A stretch of 63,212 nucleotides of DNA, filler included, from Kipferlia bialata (Eukaryota), in the NCBI GenBank assembly GCA_003568945.1. It is 6 parts of 6 records of this genome, joined end to end, with 100 filler letters (N's around TTAATTAATTAA, not from the genome) between each part and the next. Parts side by side here need not be neighbours in the genome. Positions count along the whole stretch, not along the records: positions 26,086 to 39,015 come from BDIP01001010.1; positions 39,116 to 52,044 come from BDIP01001011.1; 4 more parts are not named here. One strand, written 5' to 3'. A program made the translations under genes and the position numbers. Below the pieces are notes generated by a model. That model had not been told where the DNA came from and ran no database searches. It saw nothing but the letters and a program-made list of their open reading frames with translations. Positions 26,331 to 39,393 of this stretch are shown piece after piece. Numbering within the stretch: position 1 is the first letter of the stretch; each line of letters begins with the position of its first letter.

Positions 26331-29300
26331 CTACGCAGGAAGCAGGAGACTCACAAGCCGCACAATATCAACAGTGCCATCACCATGTGTGGGGAGGGCC
26401 AGTGCCTCAAGTTGGGAACTGGGAAGAACGGCTCCGAAACACTGTGGAATCAGAGCTCGGTCCATTCCCGAAGATGCACCGGAATCGCTAACCATCCGTC
26501 TGAAGAATGCGAGATACTGATCACGGCCGGCAACGGGAGGAACTATCCTCCTCATAAGGGTGAGAACCTCATCCCCAGAGATGGTCCGTGACTCTGACGT
26601 GCATGCTGCATCAAATGCCGCTCTGATTCTGGGCATAGCGTCCTTCTCAGACCCGGCCTCACCGAGAGCAGCCACAATGCGAGTGAACATGTCAACATCA
26701 ACACGGTCAGACGAGTCAGAGTCACACGAGGCAATGTAGGCCATGACAGACTTGATCGTGTTGTACTCGGCCAGGGTGAAGTTGAAACGTGTGTGCACGT
26801 CCTGTGCGCGGGTCAGGGCGTCAGTGAGAGTCTCAGACTCAGCAGTAAGATGCTCCTGCAGGGACATCAGAGTGGACTGCAGGTGCTGAAGCCCAAGGTG
26901 AGACGGAATAGCCATCTCCTCTCTAGCAGAGCTAGGCAGAAGAGACCTGAGCTTGCTGATCCCTTCGGACCTGGGAATCAGTCTCTCATAATCAATTATA
27001 ATTAGATACTATGGGCTCTTAGCAGCAGTCATAATCTAGAAAACTCCTTAACCGGCTCTCGAAACATCAGAACCCACCTTATCATGTTGTTGACTGTGTC
27101 GGCCGCCCTACATTCCTGACGTCAGAACAAATAATAACAATATATCAGGGTCATACCCACACATACTCACCGAGAGGTCATTATTGGTCATGACACACAG
27201 GTATGCCGCATACTTCACCAGGGTCAATCTCTCCCGCTCAGCCGTTGTCACCGCCCCATGTCTCTCTGATGACAGACTGGACAGGGCAGATATGGTGGCG
27301 CTGTACCCGGTGGACAGGGCAAGACACTCTGCCCTACGTGCCTGTCAGTCAGGTACTAACACGTAACCAGAACGAGAGAGGAACTATAAATACATGTGTA
27401 TCTCGACCCCCACCTGCCACTTGTCCCTGAAGGCACGCATGTCCACGGCAGGGACTAGCTCGATGAACTCTCCTGATGATGAGAGAAATCAAGGCTGGTC
27501 AGAGGTGTCTGGGGACAAACCATACGTACCTAGACTCGGTGGAGCTTCCTCACCATCCATCTCTGGCTCAAACAGAAGGAATCCACCTGGGGTTATAGAA
27601 GCTGGGATACCACAAACACCTATGCCATCACACAGTGTATATCAGAGCCAAGGGAGGAAGGACCATGGACCCTTCTGCCGCAGTATCAGTATCAGTACCT
27701 GTGATGAGGTCTGCCACCCTGTCGAGCCACTGGTCCTGGTCGGAGGGGGACCGGGGGGCGGGGGGGCGGGACTTGGGGACACTGGGTCCTGCGGCAGACG
27801 ACGCACCCTCACTACTGGAAAACACATCGGCAATGGTGGCATGAAGGGGCGACGTGTATCCTGACACCCCAAGAGGCAGCCTGGGGTTAATTGACGGATA
27901 ATGTTGAGTGAAGCGTTGCTTGAACACAGAACATACACAAATGGGGATAATACGCACTCAAACTCATGTAGACTATTGTAACAATACATGTTTGGTCCCA
28001 TGTTGTCGGGCATACCTGACCATAGCGTCTTCCATGGTATTCATGGCCTCTGACATTGGAACAGCGGAACCAGCAGCCTACAGTGAACGAAATATCGATG
28101 TATGTTGAAATTCAGGGCTGTTCAGAGAACTACCGTCCCAGTTTTCTACACTGCAGCAACTGCTTACCTGAATTTCCGGCATGAACTCCTTTTCCAGCCT
28201 GAGGTAAGATATTGTCATGGAAACACTTGAGTCTGATATATAGCTGCCAAACATAGTAACCACTAATATCACACCAACTACGCGAAATAGGTCGAATGCA
28301 ATGCCACAGCGTATATCACAGATTCAATACATTGACTGTACCTGGAGGCAATATCAACAGTGTGGTCACTGAGGTTCTGCTTGATGATTGCTGAGGTGAG
28401 TTGTCATTTCTTCCCTGAGAGGCTACCGTTCACAGTGAAATTATGTTGACTAGTACATACCTGAGAGAAGTCTGACACGAAGGGGATCGAAGAGGAACTC
28501 CAGTGCCCTTTCATTCTTTGCCACAACCACAGCCCCGCCCTGACCGGCCTCGGCGTCATCGCCAAGAGGCGAGACAGCTCCCACAATGGAGGGTGGGGAG
28601 GAGGAGACACCACCAGCCGACAGACCGACCTCTCTTTCAAAGTCGGAGTCAAGGCGAAGGTAGGATGGAACATCAACGCCAGCGTCAGTAGAGAAGGAGA
28701 CACGTGTAGTCCCGTCATCCATGGTCGTCTCATGCATCAGAAGTATCCCACCGATGGACTGCTCCCCAGTGGAGCTTCTAGCCCCACTGTCAGTGTCTGC
28801 CGAGTCCTGCTGACTGGCACCTGAGCCTGGTCGGGACAGGGACGGCGGCGCTGCACCCTTGGGCGCCTGCCTCAGCAGAGAGCGGATGCCCCGCCCCATG
28901 TCGGTCTCCATGTCCACCTCTGCGTCTGAGACGAGTCCCTGCAGCAGAGACATCACTGACTGGATGGCACCAGAGCTGGCAACACAGGCCTGCTGCTGTC
29001 GCCTGCATAAGTAAGAATCATAAGAACTCTATCAGTATCTCAGTATCATGAATACCGTACCGTGTTGTAGTTCTCAGGCCAAGTGCCCTGAACAGCATGT
29101 CACATGTGGGCATGACGGCTCTGATGTTCTCGGTGAGGTCATTGAAACTAGCAACCATGTCAAGAATCTGGGTGAGAACTCACAAACATAAAGGAAATAT
29201 ACAAGTAGCGCTGAATGCCCACCTCTCCCTTCAGTGACACATACTGCATGGGGTGCAGATACTGGGACATGCAGAGACTGCTGTGGGGGGAGACACTCTC

Positions 29301-32300
29301 TGGCATTCCGTCAGAAACAGAGAGCAACCTTATGGCAAGAGACTCCAACCGTCCAGCCGTCTCTAACCGGCTGTTACCGTGGCTACTTGCTCCCTCTGAC
29401 AACGCCTCAAGGTGATCGAGCTTCGACACTTGTGAGCTTCCACCGGATACGACAGGGGCACTATGTGTAGACTTCGATAGGGAGAACAACAGCCCACACT
29501 GGGTGGCACTGGGGTCCCGTGAGGCTGGGTCACCGGTCCCAGTCTTGGGGGAGGCCGAACTGGCAGCCACCAGTTTGGTCGCCGCCTCAAAGTCTTCAAC
29601 CATACTGATGTCAATGAGTTGCCAAGACAATGCATCCACATGCTCTCCTTCCACATCCTACCATACAAATGCAATAGATCTAATCTGTTTACATCCTATA
29701 TAGGTAGAGTCTTACCTGGACAGGACGTTTCCATAGTATGCATGCCGAGTCCTGAGAGCGCTGACATCGAATAGGGCCCTGAGAGTAAGACTGGACAGGT
29801 TTACTGTAAACAGTCGTGACAAGGAGTCTTACCGTATGCAGTCCTCGGGTGTGTTGAGGGCATAGCGCTCAGAGACCCCCTGGGCATGGGTGGGCAATGA
29901 AGAGTCTTGGCCTGAGTACACCTCGGTGAATGCAGCCAGCAGTGCCTCTCCATCAAGGATGAAGTTGTCGACATCTTCAATGCGCTCTGGCATAAGACAT
30001 GTCTGTATCCAACACCATATACAGATACAGCATAAACGTACTCGTCACAGTATCCTTACCTGCGTAACCTGCACAATCCGCTGGCACATAACGCGAGAGC
30101 AGATGGAAGTTCAGGTCACACTGGAACCTGCTCATGAGACAATTCTACCAATATCACAGTGACGTGGACGAGGTCAGATACCTGCTGATCGCCTCACATG
30201 CAGCGCTCCAGTAGGTCACAATCCAAACTGGTGTGAGTTCCAAGCTGCAAGAATATGAGGGCCACTCAGATAAGAAATAATGTATGTGATATAGAAGTGA
30301 AACACAACAAATTTCTATTACCTAGGTGGGACCAGAGTGTAGCAGACACAGGGGCCATACGGTTGTCATGGATTTCCTCTGTGGTGAGAGTATAATAGTG
30401 GATTGAAGGAAGTCACGATTATTGTGATTGATGTATATACACTGTCCGTGAGAGAAAGCATATGTACATTACCTAAAGAGACGGTGCTGGGATGTAGCCA
30501 CTGTACATGTGCCTCCCGATCCGCCTCTCCCACACTGGTCTCATCCGCACTCTCTGGCTCTGTGTCAGAGTCAGCGGGGACCTCGTCCATGTGTATCCCA
30601 CCACGGTCAGAGACCGCCGGGGAAGCACCCCTGGACTCTGATGCCTCGGGGTCAGGCCCCTCAGACCCCTCAGGCCCCTCAGACTCTTCCTCTGGAGAAC
30701 GGAGGACACCGAACTGGTATCCTGCCGTCACAATCTCCTGGAGCGTCGCAGAAGCGGAGGCACGGTCTCCAGTCCCCCCCGCCAGCACTGGAATCATCCA
30801 CCTGACCGGCTGGGCCTGATCTATACCGCCGCCCTCGGCCACCCGGGAGATACTCCCACACAAGGAATGAAGGTCTCCAGCCGCAGCAGTAAGAGTTTTG
30901 CGCAGTGCAGAGCATTGAGTGTGTAACGCTTGCAGACGCTCCTGCTCCACCTGCCTCTCCTCCCGGTCCCTGGTCTCTGTCTCCTCCATGGCCTCCCTGT
31001 CACCAGGTGACAGTCGGGCATCAGAACCCGACGAACTGGTGGCAATGCTAGTCAGCAACAGAGATGCATGGGTGTCGTATCGCTTGGACAGGGACGAGTG
31101 GATCTCGTGATACTGCCCCTGTGTCCTCTGTAGTGACTGGTACACAGAGTCCATGGTCTCTGAGAGAGACAGCGCCACTGTCTGGATGTGAGTGTCTGGG
31201 TTGGATCAATTACCAGACTGTATGTATTGTATGTATGTTGTATGTATTCGATACATCTCTGCCAAGTGATGGAAATGTAATTCATAGTATACTTGCTAAT
31301 ACACCACCTGGTATGACACGAGCTCCGAGTCTGAGTCAGAACTCTCCTGGGCCGAACCCGATGCACCCCTCAGCTTGGCAGCAGCCTGTTCAACCCCTAT
31401 TGTGAGTTTGATGATACTCAGCCATACATACATATGCAGTAAATATGATGCAAGAGAGAGCCATTTAGGACCTAACCTGATAGGATTACGTCAAGATAGT
31501 CAACAAATGCTGACGGAACAGGGTGTCTCTCACTGCCGTACTCAGCCAGCCTGTCGTTAGAGAGTAAGGAGCATGTATGAGGAACAGAATATAGTGAAGA
31601 GAAGCACAAGGACTATCTGTCACACCTGGTACAGAGACCCCTTATGTCTTCAACCTTCCGATCCGCCTTGCCAACCAGTATGGCCGTATCCTCTAGGAGC
31701 AGACGAGCTCCTGGGGTCAAGTTCTATAGGATCATACAAACTCCGTAACATGCTGACCGAGTAAGTAGACTCACCCGTGCTAGTCGCTGGGGTGGACAGG
31801 CACTGGAAGAGCCGATCTGTGAGTTCCTCAGTCAGCTGCCCAGATTGGGTGTGGACCTGGTATCATATCAACTCAGAACAACCAGTTACGGAAAGGAGTT
31901 GTCTCTATGCTTGTGGACATGCATAGTGATGCTCATTGCTGTACCTGGTGTAGTATTGAACTGCACTCATGACGACGCTCGCGCCACATTTCAATTCCTT
32001 CAGTCAGAATAACACGAGAATCATAACATGTAATGCTAACGCTTGATCAGTTGGATCAGGTCCCTAAACAATGGGGAAGAGGACATACCTTGCTTGGTAC
32101 CAGTAAAGGTCTCATGTAACCTTGATAGAACCTGAATATAAGAGGAGTCTAGGCGATGTCTGTAGATAACAGGTCAGGTACACATTTGATTGACACACTC
32201 AGGTGAGCTCTTACCCGCACAGCCCTCTGGGTGTCAATACTGGCCAATTCTGTGTCGCTCACGTCACTGAATCTGGGGTATCAGTATCATTATCAAACAA

Positions 32301-35300
32301 CATATATGCATACTAATACATCACTGAACCTCATGTGACGTCCTGCTATATCTTAGTTCACCAGCCTGGAAACCAAAACCCATACCTTATAATGTCTAGC
32401 AGCTGCGCATGATGTGTTGCTACCGCATCTGCTTCCCTGGGTTAGTATCCGTCAGGTCTATGAATGTGAAACTAGTGTAAGACAACTGCACCTATCAAGG
32501 AAGTCGAAGGTGGTTCCTCCGACATAGGAGTCGGTGTCCACATCCTCGAGCTTGGTGGTGAGACTCTCAGCCCAGTCGCACACACTGGACACCATCCCGG
32601 ATATGCACACAGATGGGTCGAAACCAACAAACGTGACTCTTGCAACCTGAGTGAGCGGCAGGGGTAACACTAGATGAAACATATATGGGGTTACTATTAG
32701 ATTGCCAAATCCTTACGGCATGCCTTCTATATACCTTCTTTGTCACTTCGTTCAGCAACTCCGCATAGTCCATACACGTGGCAAATCCAGACAGAATAGC
32801 CTGACACTCGTCCATAGGCAATGCCGGTGTATCAAGTAGGGCAGCACAAGGGTCAAGAATCAGCAAGGCATTGGAGTCCGAGCTCGACGTGGCCATAAAG
32901 GACTGAGTGTTTGGGGGCATGAGAGCGAGAAGATCCTTAAGTGCCAGAACGGACTCGTCTGCACAAGACCCCGAGGATCCAGTGGTGTCGACAACACTCG
33001 AGAGCACAGCCTGGTATCCAGGGTATACGCCGAAGGCCTCGGGAACGTCTGACCCAGCCGCGACCCCGTCCTTGACGGAATACCCCCGATACAGTCTCTC
33101 AGCTGTGTTGACAGATGACTCCAGCACCTTGACAAAGCTATTGTTAGCGACTAAGAGTAGATATACACATACTCGACAACACAAACAGAAGAGACAACTC
33201 AGGAGAGTACCTCTGTGCTTGTACGAGACCTCCTCGGAGGATCACTGCCTCGTGCCTGAATATTAGTAGGGGAGAATGCGTCAGGGTCTGCATGAATATA
33301 CATATATCACTGGAATACATGTTAAAAGAGTAACCACACGTCAGTACTCACCGTAGCATCGCAATACGGGCCTTGTCCGTTGTGTCACTGTCCAGCTCCT
33401 GTCTCAAACAGGCATACTTGTCAGTGGCACTGGCAACCATGGCTCCTACCCTGTCCATCCCAGACTGTATCTGCCGGTACAGGCTCAAGTACTCCACTCT
33501 ACGGACAAGAGCCTGGTCACAAAGACGAAGGGAGTTACGAATACCTGGAATGAGTATACAGCTGTAATTGCTGGAGTACGGTGATGCATAAACACCCAAT
33601 AATTACCTTCAAATAGAGCGTCAACCCTCATGGAAAGAGAATCATAACTGGTCTGACGGTTCACTGCAACTGGGGTCAGAAGAAATAGGATGAACAGTGA
33701 GGAGTCAGTCCAGAGTTTCAGACACAAACTCAAAGGACCCATACCTGACTCATAGGTTCCGATGCGTTTGAGATGGCATGCCCTGTCAAAGAGCTTGGCA
33801 AGTCCAGAGAGTAGTCTTCCCCAAGCTCTAGCTGACTATGAGATACGCGGAAGAGAGCTTTGTGACAGCGACCATTAACTTAAGGCTGACATGTCTTTGG
33901 GAACAATACGTACCTTGAATGGCGCGTAACCCGTCGGAGCCTCCCCTGACATCAGAACATGGTATAGAGTGTGATGCGCAAGACTGAGGCAAATATATCT
34001 ACGGATCGAGGCTGGATTACCTGAGTATCTGGGCAACCATACTGGACGTCTGATCATAGTCGTCGCTGACCCTGGTGACGGCTGACACAAACACCTGTGG
34101 TAAACATTAAGAGGCTGTAACCCTCAAGCAATTCCCTCCATATGACAGCTCCCATCTAAGGGTAGTATCTTCCACCGATACCAAAGATGCATCGTATCAG
34201 TCAATTACCTGTGACAATGAGGGCCGGAGGGTTCCCACAATTGTGTTCAAAGCACCTGTTGATGAGTATTTGTATGAAATCAATTCAACACGATAGACAT
34301 ATGAGGAGAGACAATGATCATAGCAGTGCTGTGGCAGGGAAGAGCTTCAAAGTGTATCATTCATGTGTGAAGAGCACCCATAGACACACTCACCCTCAAA
34401 GTCCTTAATGTCGGTCAGCAAGGCATCAGCGCTCTTCCTGGAGTAAACGGCAATACTATTCGGTCAAACACATTGGTCTTACATTTACACTCATATTCCT
34501 ACCTATACTGAGTCACACTCTCACTTGACGGCTGCGACTGAAGAAGGTACACCTCCAAGAGTCCTAGACGGACCGACACCGACACAGAGAGAGCCTCGCG
34601 GTCTTCTGCAATCAGCCGTGCGAATCGCACGAGTGACTCTCCAATAGAACCATGTTGCATCTCAACAGCGATATCATCTGTGTCACGGGAGAGAGAGAGT
34701 GCGGCGTGTGCCTGCTCTGTCAGTTCCTGCACCTTGGGCAAGGCGTCGATGCACCGGCACTTCAAGTCCTCTAGGGTCTGACTCAACTGAAGAGCCACAG
34801 CATCACCTGACGTGACTAATCGAATACCCAACTACGAGACAATGACTACTCCAAGCAACAATGACATATACACAAACCAATCACAATTCACACCTTCAGG
34901 TTCAGTGATGCTGCTCCCGGCCAAAACCATGGCCCGTCTCTCAGCACCTGGTATGAGACTACGGTATTCATTCCATACATCAACGAGTGAATCGATCTAT
35001 ACCTATCCACCCCATCATGGGGAGTGCTTCTCCGAGATACATCTGAATATTGCGAGAATTGGTCTTCTGCCCCTGGTGAAGCATACGGGCCCGTTCAAGA
35101 AGGTCTTCTGTGTCAAGTCTGGCAGTGAGCAGGACACCCAAACAGTAATGTATACACGAAGAGCACAATCAACCAAACAGAGTCAAGATAGGTACCTCTG
35201 CCTCTGGAGGCTCTCCTTGATGAGATGAGGGGGCATTAACAGACCAGACCCGGCACCATATGCCCCAAGCGGGAGCAACACACAGTTGTCTTCCGATGTG

Positions 35301-38300
35301 TCACCGTCTTGTCCAGTCAGATACTCTGGATCCGAGGGAGTGGCAATAATGCTCTCGTAGAGGGTTTGAAGGGAGGTCATTTGGTCCTGGAGGTCAGAAT
35401 ACCGGGAATATCCAGGACAAGACTTCGTTATACCCATGGAAGACTCAGAAACACACTGAAGAGTAATATAGTAGCATAATGTTCACCTCGTATCCACTGA
35501 GGGTGTGAAGTGTCGACTCACACACAATTGACACCTCTCCGGTGTCTGACACTGACAGGTGGTCACGCAATCCCTGGGGTCATATTCACATGTATACTAC
35601 ACCATTATACAACTACATTAACTCTGCTGTTAAGCAGGACATCAACATGGTGGCTAGTACACTCATCATGTTGCATGGAGTACCTCAACCAGTTCCTTGC
35701 GACCGACAGACCACCGATCGATAAGTGTTGTTCCAAAACGATAGTCCGCCACTTGCAGATTGTATTCCAAAAGGGAAGAAACTCGGCTGGAGTAAGAAAT
35801 GAGAATGGAAACACCCTCCGATAACACACCCACACCGGTATGGTGGCACAAACCTACTTATCCTCCCATGGACAGCAACAAGTTTGCCAAGAAGTGCCAT
35901 AACCTTGCTGGTCATCTGTTGGTGACCTGACGTAAATAGAATCCACATATAGTGTAGTTAGGGTAACACATGTTACTGAGAAGAATTCGTCACAGAATAC
36001 CCATAACTCCTATGGCCATCTCACCTCCCGACACCATGGAACTCACCCCAACCGACATGCCTACATGGAGTGCGCTGCTCTCTGGTGATTAGAGGAGACA
36101 TGACACTAGACGATAGTTAGTACAAGCACCGCAAACCTGCCAGAGAGGGCAGTCCTGAGGCGTCGGAGAGAGCCATGCAGAGGGACGATATGATCTGGGC
36201 AATAATCGTGAGCGCCTGACTGAGCTCCGTAATAGAGACGCTGCTCATGGGCATCTGGCTCTCCTCTTCCAGAAGAGACTCAGACGGCGGGACAGACGAC
36301 GTGTTATCCCCACCGACGTCCCCTCTGGGTATGGAGGGCACGGTGAGCTGTGCAAGAGATACTGCCTCCCCAGCGATCTTCTGGGCCTGCTCCATTGGAG
36401 CAGCATCCGTAACAGAGGTCGCTCCCATGCCCAGAGAACGTAGCACCCGAGTCATGTACTGGGAAGCAGCCCTATCCGCTGACACAACCACATTGTCACA
36501 GAACTCAAGGGTTGCCCGCTCTCTCATATTCACCTGGCATAGATCATGGGCTGGAGGTTAGGCATGTATAGAGTGATTAGAGATATACCACAACAAGCAA
36601 TACCAGCTAAACACGTGGATCTTTACCTGCCGAGATCAGCATCCCTCCCCTCTGACGGACTAGGTCTCCTGGTTGTGTCAGCAAGTCTAAAGCCTAGAAG
36701 GAATAATTATACGTACCTAGTGTCTGGAGCAACTGAAAACGGCTATCAGTACTGGCTCCTTCGGCAGTGGAAAGAGAGACAGAGAGTGAATGCGCCTGGG
36801 TCTCTAGGCTTCGCATATTCTGGAGGGCTGTCACACCGTCAGAGGCATAACACCTGGAATAAGGGACTGGAAACTAATAGAACACTCCGTGTCAAACAGC
36901 CATACCTCTCAAACGTCTGATGGACTTCCATCAGGTGTAGTCCGACACGACACATGACCTTGGAGGCACTGGGGCTATCAGCAGCCAGGGCAAGAACGGC
37001 TTGGGTGCCGTAAGCTCCTCCACAGGCCACGTCTACAGCGGACAGGTTCCCGGAGACAAGGTCACACGGAGAAGCACCCTGGATCAGATTACTCGACTTA
37101 GCCAATAGATTATGCATACTCAAGCAATGACACTGAACACCAGTAATAGACAAGATATACATATATGCAACCTGGTGAAGAGCCTCCACTAAGATGCTCT
37201 GCTGTTCCATGAGAAACTCATGACACGAGGACAGGGAGTCGCTCAGTGCTGCAATGGTGGTTCTGTCATTAGTATATAACACGGATATCTGTCCCTCAGG
37301 TTTCCATTCAATCTGGCACCCACACTACAGTATGAGACTAAAGGCACCCACCCAGCATTCTGGAACGATGACAGCTCTTCCTCAACAACTGCGAGCTGCT
37401 CGCCCAGGTCGGACTTGAGAGACCGGAATGCCCTAAGTACAGCTTCACTTCTCTGCGATGAGTACATTTATAAATACTATTGCACACCGCTTTGGACATA
37501 TAGAATGACAGTGAGTACATACCTTGATCTCGGAGTCACTCAACACGCCAATACGGCGAAGACGTGCCTGGGTGAGGGAGAATACCAATTGTGTAAACAC
37601 AGAACGTAACCCAACTGCCCACATATACAGTCAGTGACACAATTCGTACCATCTCCTTCTGGGTGTCTTCGGCGAGTGTCTGGCGCTTGCTGGGGTCAGT
37701 AATGGGACGATACAATCATACTTCTGGTGTCTTTCGAATACTAAATGTGCCGCGCTCTCCTAATTTGTATCCTTACCTCAATTCAGAGACCCAATAGAGA
37801 AGGCGTCTCCGTGCAGACAGCAGCATACCAGCCCGGTCACACTGACTGTCATCGACACTCCCACTGGTGCCACCACGGGAGACCGACAAGTGCAGCCCAC
37901 TGGAGGTGGGAACCTCGCCTGGCTGTGCTTCCCTGAGTCCCTCCTGCCGAGACACAGTCTCAATCAGAGACTGCAGGCCGTCGACAGCAACTCCAAAGTG
38001 AGAGGTAACCCTCGACCCTCCATTGTCAAGATCCAACTCAGATATTGTGTCACCCGCCAAGAGAGTTGGAGAGACCCGCTTCACCACATCGGCCAACAGC
38101 CCAGCCGACTGCATCATGCAATCTACCATGGCCCCTGCCTCCCGGTGCTCTGTCTTCACAGCATACAGGTCAGCCTGCACGGATCTGATCTTCCGTCCTG
38201 TGTCAGATGTACACACGCAAATCATGCCAAAATAGAACACAGCCATATGCAATACAAAACAACACCATAGCCATCTGACCTGTGATATGGGCTAAGTTCT

Positions 38301-38937
38301 GGAGGACCAAGGGGTCCGGTGCATTTGAGTCGAGCTCCGCAAGCCCGTCCATCCGTACAAAGGCGGAGGACAGAGACGGCACAAAGCTCAGGCCCTCGAC
38401 CTGCATGCTCAGCACATCAGTGACGGCCTCCAACTCAGTGTCATACTGGGCTGTGATCCTCGCCAGGTCGGCCCCAAGCTCCTCCACGACACCAACAGGA
38501 ATCAACGACAGACTGAGGGGATCGCTGGAGGAATCTGCAGACCTACCATCCCTCTCCCTCTGATGCTGATCCTGCCTGGCGGCTGACAGACGCGCTGATA
38601 GTCTATCAAGCTCGGTGTCAATAGCACGCAGCTTAATGTGTAGCCCTCCAGACACCTCACTGCTGCGGTACCTAGTCTCTGCAACTCGCTCCGAGACCTG
38701 TTGACACAGGTCCAGGAGATGCTGCTTCTGCTGCAGCAGAGAGACCAGATACGTGTGCTGGGTCTCCAGTGTGACAACGGGAATGGTGGGAGGTGGAATT
38801 GTAACAGCAAACACCAGGCGGCGAAGGTACAGGCCACGAATTGTCTGAATCCGAGGAGTGATGTCCTGGACCCTCTGAGACAGTGTGCCAAACCGGCCCC
38901 TGACCTCTGCAAAGTCGGTGTCTGGTCTGATAACAAC
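26331..38937 (-). CDS. Very large alpha-helical protein with C-terminal alpha-actinin/spectrin-like EF-hand domain (5' partial; single-gene status not fully verified)
   Basis: Dozens of minus-strand exons across the scaffold encode heptad-rich helical sequence. The last exon (…LQSTLMSLQEHL…FTLAEYNTIK…DSDSSDRVDVDMF…IVAALG…RTISGDEVLTLMRR…DQYLAFFRRM…LPSSQLE…GTVDIVRLVSLL*) is collinear with the alpha-actinin C-terminal calmodulin-like domain by eye. Confidence 0.6.
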
Positions 38938-39015
38938 CTGGAATAAACATCGGGGGAATGAATGAATGGTGGGGGGGGGGGGGGGGGGGATACAACTAAT
39001 GACAATACCTCTGTC

Positions 39016-39115
39016 NNNNNNNNNNNNNNNNNNNNNNNNNNNNNNNNNNNNNNNNNNNNTTAATTAATTAANNNNNNNNNNNNNNNNNNNNNNNNNNNNN
39101 NNNNNNNNNNNNNNN
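39016..39115. other. Artificial scaffold-joining spacer
   Basis: N44-TTAATTAATTAA-N44. Confidence 0.97.
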
Positions 39116-39393
39116 GCACTTCAACCTCCTGCCCCTGTGTATTGTCTCAACATGGTCAGTGAGACGATATGTGCTTGCGTATGACTTGTCACACTCGATA
39201 CACACAAAGGGCTTCGGAACAGGAGCCTTGTAATAAGTAGCACGCTATAAACAATTCATACATAACATATACATTGGGACATTACTATTGAGCCAACACC
39301 ATATACATATGACTTCATCGTCAATCAAGGAATGAAGTGAGATGCTTCGAGTCCTGATGCCACTGGTGTGTAACAACCCGTTCTTAACGACTC

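Noticed and set aside
27394..27864. Plus-strand ORF containing actinin-like GDKPYV
   Set aside because: It is antisense to the spliced minus-strand gene and has no further similarity; coincidental.
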